A stretch of 64,000 nt of DNA from the human T2T-CHM13v2.0 reference genome, Homo sapiens, in NCBI RefSeq assembly GCF_009914755.1, contig NC_060925.1. One strand, written 5' to 3'. This document shows, piece by piece, positions 1-12,607 of the stretch. Under the pieces are notes generated by a model. The model made no database searches. It was not told the origin of the DNA and saw nothing but the letters and a program-made list of their open reading frames with translations. A program made the translations under genes and the position numbers. Each line of letters begins with the position of its first letter. Position 1 is the first letter of the stretch.

Positions 1-64
1 TCTAATGGAATCGCATGGAATCATCATCAAATGGAATCGAATGGAATCATCATCAAATGGAATC

Positions 65-75
65 TAATGGAATCA
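65..75 (+). promoter_or_regulatory. TAATGGAATCA, a DUX4-like double-homeodomain motif (about two per full unit; second example at 998-1008)
   Basis: TAAT..AATCA spacing matches the DUX4 TAAYYYAATCA-type consensus with mismatches in the central bases. DUX4 binding to and activation of HSATII is established; binding at these exact sites is inference. Confidence 0.4.
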
Positions 76-89
76 TTGAACAGAATTGA

Positions 90-1865
90 ATGGAATCGTC
101 ATCGAATGAACTGAATGCAATCATCGAATGGTCTCGAATGGAATCATCTTCTAATGGAAAGGAATGGAATCATCGCATAGAATCGAATGGAATTATCATC
201 GAATGGAATCGAATGGTATCAACACCAAACGGAAAAAAACGGAATTATCGAATAGATTCGAAGAGAATCTTCGAACGGACCCGAATGGAATCATCTAATG
301 GAATGGAATGGAATAATCCATGGACTCGAATGCAATCATCATCGAATGGAATCAAATGGAATCATCGAATGGACTCGAATGGAATAATCATTGAACGGAA
401 TCGAATGGAATCATCATCGGATGGAAATGAATGGAATCATCATCCAATGGAAATGAAAGGAGTCATCATCTAATGGAATTGCATGGAATCATCATAAAAT
501 GGAATCGAATGGAATCAACATCAAATGGAATCAAATGGAATCATTGAACGGAATTGAATGGAATCGTCATCGAATGTATTGACTGCAATCATCGAATGGT
601 CTCGAATGGAATCATCTTCAAATGGAATGGAATGGAATCATCGCATAGAATCGAATGGAATTATCATCGAATGGAATCGAATGGAATCAACATCAAACGG
701 AAAAAAACGGAATTATCGAATGGAATCGAAGGGAATCATCGAATGGACCCGAATGGAATCATCTAATGGAATGGAATGGAATAATCCATGGACTCGAATG
801 CAATCATCATCGAATGGAATCGAATGGAATCATCGAATGGACTCGAATGGAATAATCATTGAACGGAATCGAATGGAATCATCATCGGATGGAAACGAAT
901 GGAATCATCATCGAATGGAATCGAATATAATTATGGAATGAAATCCAGTGTGATCATCATCGAATGGACCCGAATGGAATCATCATCCAACGGAAGCTAA
1001 TGGAATCAACATCGAATGAATTGAATGGAAACACCATCGAATTGAAACGAATGGAATTATCATGAAATTGAAATGGATGGACTCATCATCGAATGGATTC
1101 GAATGGAATCATCGAATAAAATTGATTGAAATCATCATCCAATGGAATCGAATGGTATCATTGAATGGAATCGAATGGAATCATCATCAGATGGAAATGA
1201 ATGGAATCGTCATAGAATGGAATCGAATGGATTCATTGAATGGAATCAGATGGAATCATCGAATGGACTGGAATGGAATCATTGAATGGACTCGAAAGGG
1301 ATCATGATTGAATGGAATTGAATGGAATCATCGAATGGTCTCGATTGGAATCATTATCAAATGGAATCGAATGGAATCACCGAATAGAATCGAATGGAAC
1401 AATCATCGAATGGACTCAAATGGAATTATCCTCCAATGGAATCGAATGGAATTATCGAATGCAATCGAATGGAATTATCGAATGCAATCGAATAGAATCA
1501 TCGAATGGACTCGAATGGAATCATCGAATGGAATGGAATGGAACAGTCAATGAACTCGAATGGAATCATCATTGAATGGAATCGAATGGAATCATCGAGT
1601 GGAATCGAATGGAATTATGATCAAATGGAATCGAATGTAATCATCATCAAATGGAATCAAAAATAACCATCATCAATTGGTATTGAATGGAATTGTCATC
1701 AAATGGAATTCAAAGGAATCATCATCAAATGGAACCGAATGGAATCCTCATTGAATGGAAATGAAAGGGGTCATCATCTAATGGAATCGCATGGAATCAT
1801 CATCAAATGGAATCCAATGGAATCATCATCAAATGGAATCTAATGGAATCATTGAACAGAATTGA
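90..1865 (+). repeat. Representative full-length 1,776-bp unit (unit 1; boundaries arbitrary)
   Basis: Anchor at 90 recurs at 1866 and 3642. Landmarks present once per full unit: 'aaatccagtgtgatc', 'cggaagctaatgg', 'ctcgaaagggatc', 'ggaacagtcaatgaac', 'aaaataaccatc', 'ggaattcaaagg'. Confidence 0.95.
1706..1711. other. EcoRI site (GAATTC), normally one per unit, defining the classical 1.77-kb fragment
   Basis: 'aaatggaattcaaagg' recurs in each unit. It is lost at ~29796 (gcaattc), and an extra site occurs at 3466-3471. Confidence 0.9.
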
Positions 1866-2690
1866 ATGGAATCGTCATCGAATGAATTGAATGCAATCAT
1901 CGAATGGTCTCGAATGGAATCATCTTCTAATGGAAAGGAATGGAATCATCGCATAGAATCGAATGGAATTATCATCGAATGGAATCGAATGGTATCAACA
2001 CCAAACGGAAAAAAACGGAATTATCGAATGGAATCGAAGAGAATCTTCGAACGGACCCGAATGGAATCATCTAATGGAATGGAATGGAATAATCCATGGA
2101 CTCGAATGCAATCATCATCGAATGGAATCGAATGGAATCATCGAATGGACTCGAATGGAATAATCATTGAACGGAATCGATTGGAATCATCATCGGATGG
2201 AAACGAATGGAATCATCATCGAATGGAAATGAAAGGAGTCATCATCTAATGGAATTGCATGGAATCATCATAAAATGGAATCGAATGGAATCAACATCAA
2301 ATGGAATCAAATGTAATCATTGAACGGAATTGAATGGAATCGTCATCGAATGAATTGACTGCAATCATCGAATGGTCTCGAATGGAATCATGTTCAAATG
2401 GAATGGAATGGAATCATCGCATAGAATCGAATGGAATTATCATCGAATGGAATCGAATGGAATCAACATCCAACGGAAAAAAACGGAATTATCGAATGGA
2501 ATCGAAGAGAATCATCGAATGGACCCGAATGGAATCATCTAATGGAATGGAATGGAATAATCCATGGACTCGAATGCAATCATCATCGAATGGAATCGAA
2601 TGGAATCATCGAATGGACTCGAATGGAATAATCATTGAACGGAATCGAATGGAATCATCATCGGATGGAAATGAATGGAATCATCATCGA
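1755..2690 (+). repeat. Internal tandem duplication of 468 bp (subrepeats A and B) within each unit
   Basis: Homologous anchors are 468 bp apart (90/558, 1866/2334, etc.). Diagnostic pairs A/B: aaaggGgtc/aaaggAgtc, ttgaAtgca/ttgaCtgca, ggtatcaacacc/ggaatcaacatc, atcttcgaacgg/atcatcgaatgg. Confidence 0.93.
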
Positions 2691-3641
2691 ATGGAATCGA
2701 ATAGAATTATGGAATGAAATCCAGTGTGATCATCATCGAATGGACCCGAATGGAATCATCATCCAACGGAAGCTAATGGAATCAACATCGAATGAATCGA
2801 ATGGAAACACCATCGAATTGAAACGAATGGAATTATCATGAAATTGAAATGGATGGACTCATCATCGAATGGATTCGAATGGAATCATCGAATAAAATTG
2901 ATTGAAATCATCATCAAATGGAATCGAATGGTATCATTCAATGGAATCGAATGGAATCATCATCAGATGGAAATGAATGGAATCGTCATAGAATGGAATC
3001 GAATGGATTCATTGAATGGAATCAGATGGAATCATCGAATGGACTGGAATGGAATCATTGAATGGACTCGAAAGGGATCATTATTGAATGGAATTGAATG
3101 GAATCATCGAATGGTCTCGATTGGAATCATTATCAAATGGAATCGAATGGAATCACCGAATAGAATCGAATGGAACAATCATCGAATGGACTCAAATGGA
3201 ATTATCCTCCAATGGAATCGAATGGAATTATCGAATGCAATCGAATGGAATTATCGAATGCAATCGAATAGAATCATCGAATGGACTCGAATGGAATCAT
3301 CGAATGGAATGGAATGGAACAGTCAATGAACTCGAATGGAATCATCATTGAATGGAATCGAATGGAATCATCGAATGGAATCGAATGGAATTATGATCAA
3401 ATGGAATCGAATATAATCATCAACAAATGGAATCAAAAATAACCATCATCAATTGGTATTGAATGGAATTCTCATCAAATGGAATTCAAAGGAGTCATCA
3501 TCAAATGGAACTGAATGGAATCCTCATTGAATGGAAATGAAAGGGGTCATCATCTAATGGAATCGCATGGAATCATCATCAAATGGAATCGAATGGAATC
3601 ATCATCAAATGGAATCTGATGGAATCATTGAACAGAATTGA

Positions 3642-5563
3642 ATGGAATCGTCATCGAATGAATTGAATGCAATCATCGAATGGTCTCGAATGTAATCACA
3701 TTCTAATGGAAAGGAATGGAATCATCGCATAGAATCGAATGGAATTAACATTGAATGGACTCGAATGGAATCAACATCAAACGGAATCAAGCGGAATTAT
3801 CGAATGGAATCGAAGAGAATCATCGAATGGTCTCGAATGGAATCATCTTCTAATGGAAAGGAATGGAATCATCGCATAGAATCGAATGGAATTAACATTG
3901 AATGGACTCGAATGGAATCAACATCAAATGGAATCAAACGGAATTATCGAATGAAATCGAAGAGAATCATTGAATGGACTCGAATGGAATCATCTAATGG
4001 AATGGAATGGAATAATCCACGGACTCGAATGCAATCATCATCGTATAGAATCGAATGGAATCATCGAATGGACTCGAATGGAATAACCATTGAACGGAAT
4101 CGAGTGGAATCATCATCGGATGGAAACGAATGGAATCATCATCGAATGGAAATGAAAGGAGTCATCATCTAATGGAATTGCATGGAATCATCATAAAATG
4201 GAATCGAATGGAATCAACATCAAATGGAACCAAATGGAATCATTGAACGGAATTGAATGGAATCGTCTCGAATGAATTGACTGCAATCATCGAATGGTCT
4301 CGAATGGAATCATCTTCAAATGGAATGGAATGGAATCATCGCATAGAATCGAATGGAATTATCATCGAATGGAATCGAATGGAATCAACATCAAACGGAA
4401 AAAAACGGAATTATCAAATGGAATCGAAGAGAATCATCGAATGGACCCGAATGGAATCATCTAATGGAATGGAATGGAATAATCCATGGACTCGAATGCA
4501 ATCATCATCGAATGGAATCGAATGGAATCATCGAATGGACTCGAATGGAATAATCATTGAACGGAATCGAATGGAATCATCATCGGATGGAAATGAATGG
4601 AATCATCATCGAATGGAATCGAATAGAATTATGGAATGAAATCCAGTGTGATCATCATCGAATGGACCCGAATGGAATCATCATCCAACGGAAGCTAATG
4701 GAATCAACATCGAATGAATCAAATGGAAACACCATCGAATTGAAACGAATGGAATTATCATGAAATTGAAATGGATGGACTCATCATCGAATGGATTCGA
4801 ATGGAATCATCGAATAAAATTGATTGAAATCATCATCCAATGGAATCGAATGGTATCATTGAATGGAATCGAATGGGATCATCATCAGATGGAAATGAAT
4901 GGAATCGTCATAGAATGGAATCGAATGGATTCATTGAATGGAATCAGATGGAATCATCGAATGGACTGGAATGGAATCATCGAATGGACTCGAAAGGGAT
5001 CATGATTGAATGGAATTGAATGGAATCATCGAATGGTCTCGATTGGAATCATTATCAAATGGAATCGAATGGAATCCCCGAATAGAATCGAATGGAACAA
5101 TCATCGAATGGACTCAAATGGAATTATCCTCAAATGGAATCGAATGGAATTATCGAATGCAATCGAATGGAATTATCGAATGCAATCGAATAGAATCATC
5201 GAATGGACTCGAATGGAATCATCGAATGGAATGGAATGGAACAGTCAATGAACTCGAATGGAATCATCATTGAATGGAATCGAATGGAATCATCGAGTGG
5301 AATCGAATGGAATTATGATCAAATGGAATCGAATGTAATCATCATCAAATGGAATCAAAAATAACCATCATCAATTGGTATTGAATGGAATTGTCATCAA
5401 ATGGAATTCAAAGGAATCATCATCAAATGGAACCGAATGGAATCCTCATTGAATGGAAATGAAAGGGGTCATCATCTAATGGAATCGCATGGAATCATCA
5501 TCAAATGGAATCGAATGGAATCATCATCAAATGGAATCTAATGGAATCATTGAACAGAATTGA
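3642..5563 (+). repeat. Expanded 1,922-bp unit (147-bp tandem duplication plus 1-bp deletion, divergent sequence)
   Basis: 'tctcgaatg..ttctaatggaaagg' occurs at 3684 and again at 3831 (147 bp apart); 'aatcgtctcg' at ~4261 lacks one A; 1776+147-1=1922. Confidence 0.9.
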
Positions 5564-8500
5564 ATGGAATCGTCATCGAATGAATTGAATGCAATCATCG
5601 AATGGTCTCGAATGGAATCATCTTCTAATGGAAAGGAATGGAATCATCGCATAGAATCGAATGGAATTATCATCGAATGGAATCGAATGGTATCAACACC
5701 AAACGGAAAAAAACGGAATTATCGAATGGAATCGAAGAGAATCTTCGAACGGACCCGAATGGAATCATCTAATGGAATCGAATGGAATAATCCATGGACT
5801 CGAATGCAATCATCATCGAATGGAATCGAATGGAATCATCGAATGGACTCGAATGGAATAATCATTGAACGGAATCGAATGGAATCATCATCGGATGGAA
5901 ACGAATGGAATCATGATCGAATGGAAATGAAAGGAGTCATCATCTAATGGAATTGCATGGAATCATCATAAAATGGAATCGAATGGAATCAACATCAAAT
6001 GGAATCAAATGGAATCATTGAACGGAATTGAATGGAATCGTCATCGAATGAATTGACTGCAATCATCGAATGGTCTCGGAATCATCTTCAAATGGAATGG
6101 AATGGAATCATCGCATAGAATCGAATGGAATTATCAGCAAATGGAATCGATTGGAATCAACATCAAACGGAAAAAAACGGAATTATCAAATGGAATCGAA
6201 GAGAATCATCGAATGGACCCGAATGGAATCATCTAATGGAATGGAATGGAATAATCCATGGACTCGAATGCAATCATCATCGAATGGAATCGAATGGAAT
6301 CATCGAATGGACTCGAATGGAATAATCATCGAACGGAATCGAATGGAATCATCATCGGATGGAAATGAATGGAATCATCATCGAATGGAATCGAATAGAA
6401 TTATGGAATGAAATCCAGTGTGATCATCATCGAATGGACCCGAATGGAATCATCATCCAACGGAAGCTAATGGAATCAACATCGAATGAATCGAATGGAA
6501 ACACCATCGAATTGAAACGAATGGAATTATCATGAAATTGAAATGGATGGACTCATCATCGAATGGATTCGAATGGAATCATCGAATAAAATTGATTGAA
6601 ATCATCATCGAATGGAATCGAATGGTATCATTGAATGGAATCGAATGGAATCATCATCAGATGGAAATGAATGGAATCGTGATAGAATGGAATCGAATGG
6701 ATTCATTGAATGGAATCAGATGGAATCATCGAATGGACTGGAATGGAATCATCGAATGGACTCGAAAGGGATCATGATTGAATGGAATTGAATGGAATCA
6801 TCGAATGGTCTCGATTGGAATCATTATCAAATGGAATCGAATGGAATCCCCGAATAGAATCGAATGGAACAATCATCGAATGGACTCAAATGGAATTATC
6901 CTCAAATGGAATCGAATGGAATTATCGAATGCAATCGAATGGAATTATCGAATGCAATCGAATAGAATCATCGAATGGACTCGAATGGAATCATCAAATG
7001 GAATGGAATGGAACAGTCAATGAACGCGAATGGAATCATCATTGAATGGAATCGAATGGAATCATCGAGTGGAATCGAATGGAATTATGATCAAATGGAA
7101 TCGAATGTTATCATCATCAAATGGAATCAAAAATAACCATCATCAATTGGTATTGAATGGAATTGTCATCAAATGGAATTCAAAGGAATCATCATCAAAT
7201 GGAACCGAATGAAATCCTCATTGAATGGAAATGAAAGGGGTCATCATCTAATGGAATCGCATGGAATCATCATCAAATGGAATCTAATGGAATCATTGAA
7301 CAGAATTGAATGGAATCGTCATCGAATGAATTGAATGCAATCATCGAATGGTGTCGAATGGAATCATCTTCTAATGGAAAGGAATGGAATCATCGCATAG
7401 AATCGAATGGAATTATCATCGAATGGAATCGAATGGTATCAACACCAAACGGAAAAAAACGGAATTATCGAATGGAATCGAAGAGAATCTTCGAACGGAC
7501 CCGAATGGAATCATCTAATGGAATGGAATGGAATAATCCATGGACTCGAATGCAATCATCATCGAATGGAATCGAATGGAATCATCGAATGGACTCGAAT
7601 GGAATAATCATTGAACGGAATCGAATGGAATCATCATCGGATGGAAACGAATGGAATCATGATCGAATGGAAATGAAAGGAGTCATCATCTAATGGAATT
7701 GCATGGAATCATCATAAAATGGAATCGAATGGAATCAACATCAAATGGAATCAAATGGAATCATTGAACGGAATTGAATGGAATCGTCATTGAATGAATT
7801 GACTGCAATCATCGAATGGTCTCGGAATCATCTTCAAATGGAATGGAATGGAATCATCGCATAGAATCGAATGGAATTATCAGCAAATGGAATCGAATGG
7901 AATCAACATCAAACGGAAAAAAACGGAATTATCGAATGGAATCGAAGAGAATCATCGAATGGACCCGAATGGAATCATCTAATGGAATGGAATGGAATAA
8001 TCCATGGACTCGAATGCAATCATCATCGAATGGAATCGAATGGAATCATCGAATGGACTCGAATGGAATAATCATTGAACGGAATCGAATGGAATCATCA
8101 TCGGATGGAAATGAATGGAATCATCATCGAATGGAATCGAATAGAATTATGGAATGAAATCCAGTGTGATCATCATCGAATGGACCCGAATGGAATCATC
8201 ATCCAACGGAAGCTAATGGAATCAACATCGAATGAATCGAATGGAAACACCATCGAATTGAAACGAATGGAATTATCATGAAATTGAAATGGATGGACTC
8301 ATCATCGAATGGATTCGAATGGAATCATCGAATAAAATTGATTGAAATCATCATCGAATGGAATCGAATGGTATCATTGAATGGAATCGAATGGAATCAT
8401 CATCAGATGGAAATGAATGGAATCGTCATAGAATGGAATCGAATGGATTCATTGAATGGAATCAGATGGAATCATCGAATGGACTGGAATGGAATCATTG

Positions 8501-11500
8501 AATGGACTCGAAAGGGATCATGATTGAATGGAATTGAATGGAATCATCGAATGGTCTCGATTGGAATCATTATCAAATGGAATCGAATGGAATCACCGAA
8601 TAGAATCGAATGGAACAATCATCGAATGGACTCAAATGGAATTATCCTCAAATGGAATCGAATGGAATTATCGAATGCAATCGAATGGAATTATCGAATG
8701 CAATCGAATAGAATCATCGAATGGACTCGAACGGAATCATCGAATGGAATGGAATGGAACAGTCAATGAACTCGAATGGAATCATCATTGAATGGAATCG
8801 AATGGAATCATCGAGTGGAATCGAATGGAATTATGATCAAATGGAATCGAATGTAATCATCATCAAATGGAATCAAAAATAACCATCATCAATTGGTATT
8901 GAATGGAATTGTCATCAAATGGAATTCAAAGGAATCATCAACAAATGGAACTGAATGGAATCCTCATTGAATGGAAATGAAAGGGGTCATCATCTAATGG
9001 AATCGCATGGAATCATCATCAAATGGAATCGAATGGAATCATCATCAAATGGAATCTAATGGAATCATTGAACAGAATTGAATGGAATCGTCATCGAATG
9101 AATTGAATGCAATCATCGAATGGTCTCGAATGGAATCATCTTCTAATGGAAATGAATGGAATCATCGCATAGAATCGAATGGAATTAACATTGAATGGTC
9201 TCGAATGGAATCAACATCAAATGGAATCAAGCGGAATTATCGAATGGAATCGAAGAGATTCATCGAATGGACTCGAATGGAATCATCTAATGGAATGGAA
9301 TGGAATAATCCATGGACCCGAATGTAATCATCATCGTATAAAATCGAATGGAATCATCGAATGGACTCGAATGGAATAATCATTGAACGGAATCGAATGG
9401 AATCATCATCGGATGGAAACGAATGGAATCATCATCGAATGGAAATGAAAGGAGTCATCATCTAATGGAATTGCATGGAATCATCATAAAATGGAATCGA
9501 ATGGAATCAACATCAAATGGAATCAAATGGAATCATTGAACGGAATTGAATGGAGTCGTCATCGAATGAATTGAATGCAATCATCGAATGGTCTCGAATG
9601 GAATCATCTTCAAATGGAATGGAATGGAATCATCGCATAGAATCGAATGGAATTATCATCGAATGGAATCGAATGGAATCAACCTCAAACGTAAAAAAAC
9701 GGAATTATCGAATGGAATCGAAGAGAATCATCGAATGGACCCGAATGGAATCATCTAATGGAATGGAATGGAATAATCCATGGACTCGAATGCAATCATC
9801 ATCGAATGGAATCGAATGGAATCATCGAGTGGACTCGAATGGAATAATCATTGAACGGAATCGAATGGAATCATCATCGGATGGAAATGAATGGAATCAT
9901 CATCGAATGGAATCGAATAGAATTATGGAATGAAATCCAGTGTGATCATCATCGAATGGACCCGAATGGAATCATCATCCAACGGAAGCTAATGGAATCA
10001 ACATGGAATGAATCGAATGGAAACACCATCGAATTGAAACGAATGGAATTATCATGAAATTGAAATGGATGGACTCATCATCGAATGGATTCGAATGGAA
10101 TCATCGAATAAAATTGATTGAAATCATCATCGAATGGAATCGAATGGTATCATTGAATGGAATCGAATGGAATCATCATCAGATGGAAATGAATGGAATC
10201 GTCATAGAATGGAATCGAATGGATTCATTGAATGGAATCAGATGGAATCATCGAATGGACTGGAATGGAATCATTGAATGGACTCGAAAGGGATCATGAT
10301 TGAATGGAATTGAATGGAATCATCGAATGGTCTCGATTGGAATCATTATCAAATGGAATCGAATGGAATCACCGAATAGAATCGAATGGAACAATCATCG
10401 AATGGACTCAAATGGAATTATCCTCAAATGGAATCGAATGGAATTATCGAATGCAATCGAATGGAATTATCGAATGCAATCGAATAGAATCATCGAATGG
10501 ACTCGAATGGAATCATCGAATGGAATGGAATGGAACAGTCAATGAACACGAATGGAATCATCATTGAATGGAATCGAATGGAATCATCGAGTGGAATCGA
10601 ATGGAATTATGATCAAATGGAATCGAATGTAATCATCATCAAATGGAATCAAAAATAACCATCATCAATTGGTATTGAATGGAATTGTCATCAAATGGAA
10701 TTCAAAGGAATCATCATCAAATGGAACCGAATGGAATCCTCATTTAATGGAAATGAAAGGGGTCATCATCTAATGGAATCGCATGGAATCATCATCAAAT
10801 GGAATCTAATGGAATCATTGAACAGAATTGAATGGAATCGTCATCGAATGAATTGAATGCAATCATCGAATGGTCTCGAATGGAATCATCTTCTAATGCA
10901 AAGGAATGGAATCATCGCATAGAATCGAATGGAATTATCATCAAATGGAATCGAATGGTATCAACACCAAACGGAAAAAAACGGAATTATCGAATGGAAT
11001 CGAAGAGAATCTTCGAACGGACCCGAATGGAATCATCTAATGGAATGGAATGGAATAATCCATGGACTCGAATGCAATCATCATCGAATGGAATCGAATG
11101 GAATCATCGAATGGACTCGAATGGAATAATCATTGAACGGAATCGAATGGAATCATCATCGGATGGAAACGAATGGAATCATCATCGAATGGAAATGAAA
11201 GGAGTCATCATCTAATGCAATTGCATGGAATCATCATCAAATGGAATCGAATGGAATCAACATCAAATGGAATCTAATGGAATCATTGAACAGAATTGAA
11301 TGGAATCGTCATCGAATGAATTGACTGCAATCATCGAATGGTCTCGAATGGAATCATCTTCAAATGGAATGGAATGGAATCATCGCATAGAATCGAATGG
11401 AATTATCATCGAATGGAATCGAATGGAATCAACATCAAACGGAAAAAAACGGAATTATCGAATGGAATCGAAGAGAATCATCGAATGGACCCGAATGGAA

Positions 11501-12607
11501 TCATCTAATGGAATGGAATGGAATAATCCATGGACTCGAATGCAATCATCATCGAATGGAATCGAATGGAATCATCGAATGGACTCGAATGGAATAATCA
11601 TTGAACGGAATCGAATGGAATCATCATCGGATGGAAATGAATGGAATCATCATCGAATGGAATCGAATAGAATTATGGAATGAAATCCAGTGTGATCATC
11701 ATCGAATGGACCCGAATGGAATCATCATCCAACGGAAGCTAATGGAATCAACATCGAATGAATCCAATGGAAACATCATCGAATTGAAACGAATGGAATT
11801 ATCATGAAATTGAAATGGATGGACTCATCATCGAATGGATTCGAATGGAATCATCGAATAAAAGTGATTGAAATCATCATCGAATGGAATCGAATGGTAT
11901 CATTGAATGGAATCGAATGGAATCATCATCAGATGGAAATGAATGGAATCGTCATAGAATGGAATCGAATGGATTCATTGAATGGAATCAGATGGAATCA
12001 TCGAATGGACTGGAATGGAATCATTGAATGGACTCGAAAGGGATCATGATTGAATGGAATTGAATGGAATCATCGAATGGTCTCGATTGGAATCATTATC
12101 AAATGGAATCGAATGGAATCACCGAATAGAATCGAATGGAACAATCATCGAATGGACTCAAATGGAATTATCCTCAAATGGAATCGAATGGAATTATCGA
12201 ATGCAATCGAATGGAATTATCGAATGCAATCGAATAGAATCATCGAATGGACTCGAATGGAATCATCGAATGGAATGGAATGGAACAGTCAATGAACTCG
12301 AATGGAATCATCATTGAATGGAATCGAATGGAATCATCGAGTGGAATCGAATGGAATTATGATCAAATGGAATCGAATGTAATCATCATCAAATGGAATC
12401 AAAAATAACCATCATCAATTGGTATTGAATGGAATTGTCATCAAATGGAATTCAAAGGAATCATCATCAAATGGAACCGAATGGAATCCTCATTGAATGG
12501 AAATGAAAGGGGTCATCATCTAATGGAATCGCATGGAATCATCATCAAATGGAATCGAATGGAATCATCATCAAATGGAATCTAATGGAATCATTGAACA
12601 GAATTGA

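Noticed and set aside
1090-1130. Possible polyadenylation signal AATAAA ('cgaataaaatt') once per unit
   Set aside because: A hexamer in A-rich sequence with no GU-rich downstream element or transcript evidence.
2035-2055. Heat-shock element-like 'agaatcttcg' (nGAAnnTTCn)
   Set aside because: Only two inverted pentamers rather than the three needed, and HSF1 stress bodies are mainly tied to HSat3.
3684-3977. 147-bp duplication equals nucleosome core length; also 468=18x26 and 713=31x23
   Set aside because: The lengths follow from the spacing of homologous motifs; single events give no support for a nucleosome-based or numeric rule.
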